From Candidatus Thorarchaeota archaeon (GTDB lineage: Archaea > Asgardarchaeota > Thorarchaeia > Thorarchaeales > Thorarchaeaceae), in the NCBI GenBank assembly GCA_048882045.1, contig JBHLRZ010000012.1, positions 1-64,000 of the forward strand: a DNA stretch of 64,000 nucleotides, read 5' to 3'. The notes beneath the pieces are model-generated. The model saw only the letters and a list, made by a program, of their open reading frames with translations, made no database searches and was not told where the DNA came from. Made by a program: the position numbers and the translations under genes. Below, piece after piece: positions 1 through 7,256 of the stretch (within the stretch, counting starts at the first letter, position 1; every line of letters starts with the position of its first letter).

Positions 1-141
1 TCAAAGGTATGGCTGAATACAGTGCCCTTTCTAGTGGAAGCAATCTCTCTTTATGAGAAGAATGGTTTCAAAAAGTGCGCCTATTTGAGGAAGCATCTCT
101 GGGGTCTAGATGATGAGCTCTATGAGTTGGTCTTTGATTGA
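1..141 (+). CDS. GNAT-family acetyltransferase, C-terminal fragment (5' end outside window)
   Basis: Manual translation of frame 1: SKVWLNTVPFLVEAISLYEKNGFKKCAYLRKHLWGLDDELYELVFD*. The A..LYEK.GF pattern is typical of GNAT C-termini. Not in the ORF track. Confidence 0.7.
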   Translation, partial: SKVWLNTVPFLVEAISLYEKNGFKKCAYLRKHLWGLDDELYELVFD

Positions 142-375
142 ATCAATCTTCAGAACATCGCGAAGCGAATATGAATAATATACAAAAGAAGCTATTACAA
201 GATAGATATAGAATAGCAGAGCTAGAACTCCAACCACTGCTGGATCTCCAATCACAAGAAGCATCGCAATGGTCGTGACTGTCGCAATCAAGAATAGAAT
301 GGTCTGACAAATGATAATGTATCTCATTTCCTGAATCTGTTTTTAGATCCTATCAAATCTATCATCGTTTGACAA
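106..375 (-). pseudogene. Small two-TM membrane protein, probably inactivated by an in-frame TAA at 343-345
   Basis: TTG at 375 follows a GAGGG RBS-like motif and reads MSNDDRFDRI*KQIQEMRYIIICQ..., continuing into the 106..327 ORF. Same architecture as the 1984..2211 protein. Confidence 0.45.
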
Positions 376-461
376 AACATATCCCTCATTGCTATTATCT
401 TTGTGAATCACTGTAATGATTCTTATCAAAACGAGATGAGTTTGCTGATTGAGAACTGAAA

Positions 462-484
462 TAGTAGGCTAAGAAAAACTTGAA
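462..484 (-). repeat. Highly decayed copy of the tRNA-Ala 3' end (att-like)
   Basis: TAGTAGGCTAAGAAAAACTTGAA vs TGGTGGACCGGGCGAGATTCGAA is 12/23 ungapped, and 10 of the 11 mismatches are transitions. It is followed by CGGATGATTATTATCCAACTTC, exactly as the perfect copy at 5168 is. Confidence 0.6.
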
Positions 485-546
485 CGGATGATTATTATCC
501 AACTTCCAACATTAGGACTCCGATAGGTTAGGAACAAGGAGTTGTC

Positions 547-2019
547 TTGATGAAACGACGCGGTTTGCTTGTAGCTACGTCTGCTGTTCTCTTGCTTTTG
601 TTGGTTTCCCTCCTGTATCTTGCTTTACTGGGATTCTGGAATGGGACGACTGATTCTTCGCCTGACATAATCATACATAATGGAGAAATCTTGACTATGG
701 AGCAAACTCCGGCACAAATCGAAGCACTAGCCATCAAAGGCGAGTATATTGTCGCTGTAGGCGATGAGAGTGACATCTTAGCACTGGCTGGTCCAAACAC
801 TCAATTCATCGACCTTGAAGGAAAGACGCTTCTTCCGGGTTTTAATGATGCTCACTCTCATCACATAGGTGACCGGAGTTATGTGAACCAATCAACGTCA
901 GACGAAGTGATTGAATCAGTACTTAGCGCTGGTTGGACCAGCATCTCTGAACTATTTGTGAATCAAGATCGATTGGACGAGCTCATAACTCTGAATCAAC
1001 AGGACACTCTTCGCATACGTGTCAATGCATATCTTCCATTGTCATGGCAGTTTGAGAGGTTCGGCAATTGGTATCAAGCCTATCAACCCGGGCAGGAATA
1101 TAGTTCAAAATTGAGGATAGGAGGAGTGAAGATTTTCATGGATAGTTGGTACTATGAACCGCTTCAGTACTTCGATCAGACTGAACTGGATTCATTGGTA
1201 CAACAAGCCCATGATGATGGATTTCAGATTGCTATTCACAGTGTGGTTGACAATTCCACAGACATTGTTCTAAACGCTCTAGAATCCGCCTTGGACGGAG
1301 AATCAAACCAACTGTACCGTCACCGAATAGAGCATCTTGTTATGCTCAGAGATGACCAGATACAGAGATTGGCTGACCTAGGAATTATTGCGTCTATCCA
1401 GCTCACTTGGATCAACTCAGATTGGACCCAGGCAGTGTCATGGCCAGTTTTGCAAAATTATCCGCACCTTGCAGGTCGATGGAGAAACATTCTTGATGCT
1501 GGGATTCCCTCTCAGGGAAGCACTGATTTTCCCTGGCTTTTAGGATCTGTGAATCGATCAGCTATGTATGCAGTTTCGAGTTCTGTCACCAGGGTTGGTG
1601 GACTAGGGCTTACCCCTACAGATTGGATGCTAAATCAGACCATAAGTGTGGAACAGGCTCTGCGGCTTCTAACAATTGACGCAGCATATGGTACGTTTCA
1701 AGAGGATGTTAAGGGGAGCATCAAGGTGGGGAAATTTGCAGACTTAGTAGTTCTTTCTGACAACCCTTTGACGGTTTCAGAAAACACGCTCGCTGACATA
1801 GAGGTATTAATGACGATGGTTGGAGGAGTAGACGAATACACTGCGCCTGGACAGCAGTCTTTCTCTGCTGAGTACATGGTATCCAATAGTCGAACGATAG
1901 AACAATCAGGCCAACCGGTTATGATTGAGATGATGAATGCTCCAAATCATAAGGACAAATGGTGGACCGGGCGAGATTCGAAATCATATTCCTCGCTCTT
2001 CCAGTCTACTTATTACTAG
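547..2019 (+). CDS. Membrane-anchored YtcJ-like metal-dependent amidohydrolase (Amidohydro_3), copy A
   Basis: PGFNDAHSH, GVKIF, IHSV, RIEH, STDFP and GSIKVGKFADLVVLS motifs. N-terminal KRRGLL is followed by a hydrophobic helix. The ORF reads through the repeat at 1960 (WWTGRDS). Confidence 0.9.
   Translation: MMKRRGLLVATSAVLLLLLVSLLYLALLGFWNGTTDSSPDIIIHNGEILTMEQTPAQIEALAIKGEYIVAVGDESDILALAGPNTQFIDLEGKTLLPGFNDAHSHHIGDRSYVNQSTSDEVIESVLSAGWTSISELFVNQDRLDELITLNQQDTLRIRVNAYLPLSWQFERFGNWYQAYQPGQEYSSKLRIGGVKIFMDSWYYEPLQYFDQTELDSLVQQAHDDGFQIAIHSVVDNSTDIVLNALESALDGESNQLYRHRIEHLVMLRDDQIQRLADLGIIASIQLTWINSDWTQAVSWPVLQNYPHLAGRWRNILDAGIPSQGSTDFPWLLGSVNRSAMYAVSSSVTRVGGLGLTPTDWMLNQTISVEQALRLLTIDAAYGTFQEDVKGSIKVGKFADLVVLSDNPLTVSENTLADIEVLMTMVGGVDEYTAPGQQSFSAEYMVSNSRTIEQSGQPVMIEMMNAPNHKDKWWTGRDSKSYSSLFQSTYY
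1960..1982 (-). repeat. Perfect 23-bp copy of the tRNA-Ala 3' end (att-like)
   Basis: TGGTGGACCGGGCGAGATTCGAA, identical to 6674-6696. Confidence 0.95.
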
Positions 2020-2211
2020 AGTTATTGGAATGACTATTATCACAATGACTAGAAGGTAAGAAGACCCATACGGGTTAATAATGAAGGATTGAGCTAACAA
2101 GAGGAATACTACAATACTCAAGAATATGAGACATAATCTCTGGAAATTGACGCTCTCTCGGAGATCCTTAACCTCCCTCGACAGTTCCTCAAGATCAATC
2201 TCTTCACTCAT
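1984..2211 (-). CDS. Small two-TM membrane protein (cassette gene)
   Basis: GGGAGA RBS-like motif, charged N-terminus and two hydrophobic helices. The stop codon lies 1 nt from the repeat. Confidence 0.65.
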   Translation of the reverse strand: MSEEIDLEELSREVKDLRESVNFQRLCLIFLSIVVFLLLAQSFIINPYGSSYLLVIVIIVIPITLVISRLEERGI

Positions 2212-2293
2212 GACGAATCTCCCAAAAGACTACGCTTCGATCTGAGATAAAAACTATCACTATTTTGGAATCTTTGACTCTAACAGAATGAAG

Positions 2294-2316
2294 TGATGGA
2301 CTTGGCAAAAACCGAA
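2294..2316 (-). repeat. Decayed copy of the tRNA-Ala 3' end
   Basis: TGATGGACTTGGCAAAAACCGAA is 16/23 ungapped to the consensus and is intergenic. Confidence 0.65.
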
Positions 2317-2361
2317 ACCTTTCTTCGATTATGTTAATATGTTTCCATTCTAAAATATTGC

Positions 2362-3060
2362 TTGGAGTTTCGGGAATTGTTGTTTAATCAATCTAGAAAG
2401 AGAATCGTGGCAATTGCTACTGTATTTGTTATCGGAGGAATTATCATTGTCGGGTTCTCTATTGCACAAAATCCTCCTACCAGCGATATACCCGAGCCTT
2501 CTTTCCTTTATACAAGTTTGAGTGACCTGTTCAGATATAACAATGACACCCAAGGTGGTGTTGTAACTAACTACCTGGAGTTCCACATTTCATTCGATAA
2601 TTTTCATGATGGGAATGCCTTCCTACGACTACGTACTGCCATAATCACGGTTTGGGTGGCTGATATAACAACTCACCAGCCAAACACCTCTCTGATGCAA
2701 TACGATTCATATAATTCATTGATTTTTTGCAATCCCTTTAGAGACCAGAATGAGATATTCATTAATGATAACAATGCTACTGATGGAGAATGGTGTGCTA
2801 CTGGGACCTGTACAGTATTACTGACAACCAATGAGTTGTTCGAAAATAACGTGATTTTTGTCCACTATGGCTTCATGTTGATTAACAATATTGCAAAAGA
2901 GTTTGGCGGACATCAGTTCCTTGTCAAGGTTCAAGCTGACATCACATACAATGCTTTCTACTATAGTGGACTATTGAATTCTTTTTACCAAGATGCGACT
3001 TTCAATTGGACTTTGGGTGAGGATGATCCTATCTATATGCTGCCCATCAGTCCTACATGA
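2362..3060 (+). CDS. Hypothetical membrane-anchored extracellular protein
   Basis: Single N-terminal TM followed by an Asn-rich, beta-type domain with N-x-S/T sequons. Confidence 0.7.
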   Translation: MEFRELLFNQSRKRIVAIATVFVIGGIIIVGFSIAQNPPTSDIPEPSFLYTSLSDLFRYNNDTQGGVVTNYLEFHISFDNFHDGNAFLRLRTAIITVWVADITTHQPNTSLMQYDSYNSLIFCNPFRDQNEIFINDNNATDGEWCATGTCTVLLTTNELFENNVIFVHYGFMLINNIAKEFGGHQFLVKVQADITYNAFYYSGLLNSFYQDATFNWTLGEDDPIYMLPISPT

Positions 3061-3095
3061 GCCAAATGAAAAGTGACCCGATTAAATTAGCATAG

Positions 3096-3533
3096 GTGTT
3101 TTCACAGGCTTCGAGCAAATGTTTTTCCAGTTTGGAGTTGATAACTTCTCAGAAACTTCTGGAGGTCTGTAAGATAGAGTCATCCCCGATTGATGAAGCA
3201 AAAGAAGATACACGACCTCGTTGTTCGTGGTGTGGCAAGCTGTTCACACCCAGTGTTTTTACTCCAATGGAACCGCTCTTGTACTGCTCCTCTCGATGTG
3301 CCTTTGCAGGTACCTTTTACGAATTGACTTGCATCGCAATCGTCCTGACAGGTAGCTCCATCTACATCCTCAGCGACATGTCAGGAATGAATCTTACAGA
3401 TCCAAAGGCTGGTTTTGTATTACTCCTTTGTTGGGGAGGAGCATTTGTCTTCTGGTTTCTAGCGTTTCTTGGATACAGAGAGAGGGCCACAAGAAAAAAC
3501 GAACAGCAGTATCCGCTCACTGATGAACAATAG
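3096..3533 (+). CDS. Zn-finger (CxxC...YCSxxC) plus two-TM membrane protein; start uncertain
   Basis: CSWCGK...YCSSRC followed by two hydrophobic segments. Confidence 0.6.
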   Translation: MFSQASSKCFSSLELITSQKLLEVCKIESSPIDEAKEDTRPRCSWCGKLFTPSVFTPMEPLLYCSSRCAFAGTFYELTCIAIVLTGSSIYILSDMSGMNLTDPKAGFVLLLCWGGAFVFWFLAFLGYRERATRKNEQQYPLTDEQ

Positions 3534-3593
3534 TATATTCAGATTGATAGTGAATAAGTATACTAGTGTGATTTTGTCGAAATAGACTGCTGA

Positions 3594-4100
3594 TTATTCA
3601 GGGGCTACGATCCTATCTCTGAGGGCTGAAACAAACCTTAGAGAAAGCCCCAGACCCACAAGCGAGAAAAGCAGTCCAGCTGGAGCAGCTAAGTATCGAA
3701 AGGGCGGGTTGATCATTCCAATTACCAATGAATAGATAGATGGTGCAGTTGCAAGTGCATACATAAGGACAGCAGGTCCCATAATGTTGTACGACGCAGA
3801 TCTTCTACCAAAACTCCAATAGATGACATAGATGAGTACAATCTCGAACGGCATTATGAGGATGAGCCCCCATGAAATCATTGGAGCTCCTGCAGGGGTC
3901 GGATCTCCCGATTCTGGTAATATGACACTGATAAACGGAAGCGCTATGGCATAGATAGACATCAGTATTCCCAGAAGTCTGGCATTTCTGAAACTTGAAT
4001 CACTACTTAGCCCTCCTGAGTTCATAACAATCACTCTGAATCTAGATGTCCTTTGGTTTAAGAATTTCCATCCAGATTCAACCGAGTAGCGTTGAGTCAT
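3594..4100 (-). CDS. Hypothetical four-TM membrane protein
   Basis: Four hydrophobic segments; the true start is probably downstream of 4100. Confidence 0.65.
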   Translation of the reverse strand: MTQRYSVESGWKFLNQRTSRFRVIVMNSGGLSSDSSFRNARLLGILMSIYAIALPFISVILPESGDPTPAGAPMISWGLILIMPFEIVLIYVIYWSFGRRSASYNIMGPAVLMYALATAPSIYSLVIGMINPPFRYLAAPAGLLFSLVGLGLSLRFVSALRDRIVAPE

Positions 4101-4113
4101 CTATGAACAGATA

Positions 4114-4135
4114 AGGCGGACCGGCGAGTTTCGAT
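4114..4135 (-). repeat. Decayed copy of the tRNA-Ala 3' end
   Basis: AGGCGGACCGG-CGAGTTTCGAT is 18/23 with a 1-bp deletion and is intergenic. Confidence 0.8.
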
Positions 4136-4181
4136 TTGTTTAAGTCCTACCAACTTACATCTCTCTCGTTGTGGATTTGGG

Positions 4182-4865
4182 ATGCAAATGAAGACATACA
4201 TCCTTCTACCGACTATGAAACGAGGTTGGCTTCCTGAAGAGTTTCAAGATGATGACGTCAGGTCTGCAGGGTTTCTTGTGGAGCATTTCATCGAACATTT
4301 CACAGAGCCTGGTGACACGGTCTTTGATCCGTTCGCAGGATTTGGGACGACGCTCCTTGTTGCTGAGAGAATGGGCAGGATTCCATTCGGTATTGAAGCA
4401 GATGAAAGACGGTATGAGTATACTCGTTCAAAGCTGCAAATGACGGACAACATCCTCCTAGGTGACTCTCGCAAACTGGACACATTCCCTCTCCCTGCTA
4501 TAGACTTTGTATTCACCTCTCCCATCTTCATGGGGTGTGATGAGACCAAGAATCCTCTTTCTGGATTCAAGGAGGACGGCAACTATCAGGTATACCTTGG
4601 CCAGATTCAGGATATATTCCGAAAGTTGAGTGAGTTCCTGAACCCAGAAGCCAGGGTGGTTGTTGAGGTCCAGAACCTAGCTCCAAGAAATGGACGACCA
4701 ATGACCCTCTTGGCTTGGGACATGACGTATGCGATATCCAAAGTTCTCCGATTCGAGAAAGAGATTATCGCATGTTGGCAGGGCGTGGACGAAGAAGACA
4801 CCGGTGAAACTCCAATGCTGTCTGGATATGACCACCACTACTGTCTTGTCTTTGTCAAAGATTGA
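4182..4865 (+). CDS. Small amino-(N4/N6/N2)-type nucleic-acid methyltransferase-like protein
   Basis: Motif I FDPFAGFGTT followed by a motif-IV-like FTSPIF. Confidence 0.75.
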   Translation: MQMKTYILLPTMKRGWLPEEFQDDDVRSAGFLVEHFIEHFTEPGDTVFDPFAGFGTTLLVAERMGRIPFGIEADERRYEYTRSKLQMTDNILLGDSRKLDTFPLPAIDFVFTSPIFMGCDETKNPLSGFKEDGNYQVYLGQIQDIFRKLSEFLNPEARVVVEVQNLAPRNGRPMTLLAWDMTYAISKVLRFEKEIIACWQGVDEEDTGETPMLSGYDHHYCLVFVKD

Positions 4866-4869
4866 GAAA

Positions 4870-4892
4870 TGGTGGACTGGGCGAGATTCGAA
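4870..4892 (-). repeat. Near-perfect copy of the tRNA-Ala 3' end
   Basis: TGGTGGACTGGGCGAGATTCGAA is 22/23 and starts 4 nt after the MTase stop. Confidence 0.95.
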
Positions 4893-4901
4893 TCTAAGTA
4901 A

Positions 4902-5156
4902 TTGTTAAATCAAAGAATAGACTTCTTATTTTGTGTTGGGGGACTCTGCTTGGTAGATGAACGTCAGGACACAAAATTCATTCTTCTCTTGCTAGTGTTA
5001 TATGCACTCTTTTGGATTATTGATTTTGATAGCACGATGAGCCTGTTTAGGTGGGTTCTTAACCTCAGCTTACTTGCTCTCATAATCATTGGATTCCTCT
5101 ATTTTGGTAACAAGTACATCCAACTCACACGAATGTCAGAACAGATTCAAGATTAA
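4902..5156 (+). CDS. Small two-TM membrane protein (cassette gene); likely start TTG at 4950
   Basis: Only ORF filling the 298-bp unit between two repeats; GGGGA precedes 4950. Confidence 0.6.
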   Translation: MLNQRIDFLFCVGGLCLVDERQDTKFILLLLVLYALFWIIDFDSTMSLFRWVLNLSLLALIIIGFLYFGNKYIQLTRMSEQIQD

Positions 5157-5167
5157 TATTTGAAAAA

Positions 5168-5190
5168 TGGTGGACCGGGCGAGATTCGAA
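5168..5190 (-). repeat. Perfect 23-bp copy of the tRNA-Ala 3' end
   Basis: Identical to 6674-6696. Confidence 0.95.
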
Positions 5191-5254
5191 CGGATGATTA
5201 TTATCCAACTTCAAACATTGGAATTCTATTTGGTTAGGGAAAGGAGTCAATCCA

Positions 5255-6892
5255 ATGACACGACGTGGACTGCTTCTAGCTACATCTCTCGTACTTACGA
5301 TCTTACTAGCATCTCTCTTGTATCTTGGTTTACAAGGATTCTGGAACACAACCGAAACTCCTCCCGACATCATCTTTCACAATGGCATAGTCCTTACCAT
5401 GGAAGAGTCACCTTCACAGGTCGAAGCAGTAGCCATCCAGGGTGAGTATTTCGTCGCTGTAGGCGATGAAACTGATGTTCTTGAGTTGGCTGGTTCAAAT
5501 ACTCAACTCATAGACCTTGAAGGACGGACCCTGGTACCTGGATTTATCGACTCCCATTGTCATTGGTTTCAAGATCTATCATCAATAGTGAACATATCAT
5601 CAACAGAAGAAGCAATTGAAACCATTCTAAGATCTGGATGGACGAGTGTCTCAGAACTGTATGCGTATCCAGAGCGTTTGGATTTGCTGAGAAGTCTAGA
5701 TAATCAAGGCAGCTTGCGTGTTCGTGTCAATGCCTATCTTCCATTAAACTGGCAGTTTGATAGATTTGGAGACTGGTATCAAGCCTACCAACCTGGACAA
5801 GAATTCAGTTCGAAGTTGAGGATTGGTGGTGTGAAGATATTCAATGAGGGAACTTTCTTGCATTATGATCATTTCTTCAGTCAGACTGAACTGAATTCAC
5901 TAGTACAAGAAGCCCATGACGCAGGGTTCCAGATAGCCACTCACAGCATAATCCACAATGGCACAGATATCGTCCTTAATGCCTATGAATCAGTCTTGGA
6001 TGGGGAATCGAACGAAGACTATCGACACCGTATCGAACACCTTGTCCTGTTGAGGGACGACCAAATTCAGCGAATGAGTGACCTTGGGATTATTGCCTCC
6101 TTCCAGCTCACTTGGCATAATTCAGATTACTTAGCAGCAACAGGTGAAGACCAGGTATTTGCAGACCTGCACAGTGGCGGACAACCTGTTGCTAGATGGC
6201 GAAACATCCTACAGGCTGGAATACCCTCCATTGGAGGTACTGACTTTCCTTCGTTCTTTTTCTCTAACAGTTCAGTAATGTTGACGATTTCTAAGGCGGT
6301 CACTAGGATAGGTGAGCTAGGCATCACACCTACAGATCAGATGTTGAATCAGACCATTAGTGTAGAGCAAGCACTCCGGCTCCTAACTATCGATGCGGCT
6401 TATGGCACGTTTCAAGAGGACATCAAGGGCAGCATTAAGGTGGGGAAGTTTGCAGACCTAGTGATCCTTTCAGACAATCCACTTACAGTTCCGGAAGACA
6501 CACTTGCTGACATCGAGGTACTGATGACGATGGTTGGAGGAGTAATGGAATACATAGCTTCGGGACAACAGATTCTATCTACAGATTACGTAGGAGTCAG
6601 CATTCAAAATATGGAATACTCAAGTCAACCAATCATAATGGAGCTGATTGATACTCCGAATCAGAAAGAAGAGTGGTGGACCGGGCGAGATTCGAATTCG
6701 CGCTCCGCGTCTGAGATTTACGCGGGGTCTCGCGACCTCCTCCAATTTGGTAAGTACGCTATTGCGCAACTTTTGCCAAGGAGGCGATCTCTGCCGACGC
6801 CATCGGTAATCGAGGACGTAACCGGGCTGATCTACCGGCCCACGTGCTGGTTCGGAGTTCTTGATAGAATGGTTAAAAGAATTGTGGAGTGA
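5255..6892 (+). CDS. Membrane-anchored YtcJ-like amidohydrolase, copy B; the C-terminal ~70 codons run antisense through tRNA-Ala
   Basis: PGFIDSHCH, GVKIF, THS, RIEH and GTDFP motifs; AAGGAG RBS; collinear with copy A up to WWTGRDS. Confidence 0.9.
   Translation: MTRRGLLLATSLVLTILLASLLYLGLQGFWNTTETPPDIIFHNGIVLTMEESPSQVEAVAIQGEYFVAVGDETDVLELAGSNTQLIDLEGRTLVPGFIDSHCHWFQDLSSIVNISSTEEAIETILRSGWTSVSELYAYPERLDLLRSLDNQGSLRVRVNAYLPLNWQFDRFGDWYQAYQPGQEFSSKLRIGGVKIFNEGTFLHYDHFFSQTELNSLVQEAHDAGFQIATHSIIHNGTDIVLNAYESVLDGESNEDYRHRIEHLVLLRDDQIQRMSDLGIIASFQLTWHNSDYLAATGEDQVFADLHSGGQPVARWRNILQAGIPSIGGTDFPSFFFSNSSVMLTISKAVTRIGELGITPTDQMLNQTISVEQALRLLTIDAAYGTFQEDIKGSIKVGKFADLVILSDNPLTVPEDTLADIEVLMTMVGGVMEYIASGQQILSTDYVGVSIQNMEYSSQPIIMELIDTPNQKEEWWTGRDSNSRSASEIYAGSRDLLQFGKYAIAQLLPRRRSLPTPSVIEDVTGLIYRPTCWFGVLDRMVKRIVE
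6674..6841 (-). tRNA. tRNA-Ala(GGC) with three introns (D-loop, 37/38, 53/54); CCA encoded
   Basis: Spliced model: GGGCCGG TA GATC AGCCCGGTTA GATC G CCTCC TTGGCAT GGAGG AGGTC GCGAG TTCGAAT CTCGC CCGGTCC ACCA. It has G3:U70 and A73. Introns are at about 6790-6818, 6745-6773 and 6697-6728. Confidence 0.9.
6871..6878 (-). promoter_or_regulatory. Putative TATA box of tRNA-Ala
   Basis: TTTTAACC on the minus strand about 30 nt upstream of the tRNA 5' end. Confidence 0.5.
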
Positions 6893-6937
6893 TAGTAGAG
6901 ATTAAGAAGAAACCTTCTAGGAGTATTATGTGATTGA

Positions 6938-7192
6938 GTGTTGATTCAGAGTGGATACACGGACTGGCTAGGGTCGAGCTTTGCGTTCGTGATGTTCACA
7001 TTCTCAATGCTCTTCTTCATCATACTGATTCTCTACATCAAACTGTATGTTCGAGTCTTCTACAAGGGGACATACTACCAGCATTATCGATTAGGTAAGC
7101 TGTTAAAAGAAAGTAAAGATGGTGGGACCGTTCTTCTCATTCCTCTCATCGATCGACTCGAGGTGTTTGATGAAGTCCCACCAGATCCCTAA
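6938..7192 (+). CDS. Small membrane protein resembling the N-terminal part of SPFH/stomatin proteins
   Basis: TM helix followed by YRLGKL...GG.VLLIPLIDR, similar to the FRLG...PG...IP.ID start of band-7 domains. Confidence 0.5.
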   Translation: MLIQSGYTDWLGSSFAFVMFTFSMLFFIILILYIKLYVRVFYKGTYYQHYRLGKLLKESKDGGTVLLIPLIDRLEVFDEVPPDP

Positions 7193-7256
7193 GGAGCTTA
7201 TTGGGCTCAATTCTCTATATATGAGAATGAGCCTGTAAGCTTCTTTGAGTTCTTGA

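Larger units (their letters stand above)
462..6696. mobile_element. Additive gene-cassette island at the tRNA-Ala 3' end (may extend left of 462)
   Basis: Six direct copies of tRNA positions 54-76 separate 0.3-1.8 kb gene units. No integrase or transposase is seen in the window. Confidence 0.8.

Noticed and set aside
3061-3593. Further decayed tRNA-Ala repeats between the three genes of the 2317-4113 unit
   Set aside because: Best matches were about 9-10/23, indistinguishable from chance.
462-6696. 23-bp repeats as a CRISPR array
   Set aside because: Spacing is 0.3-1.8 kb with whole genes between copies, the repeat is a tRNA 3' end, and there are no cas genes.
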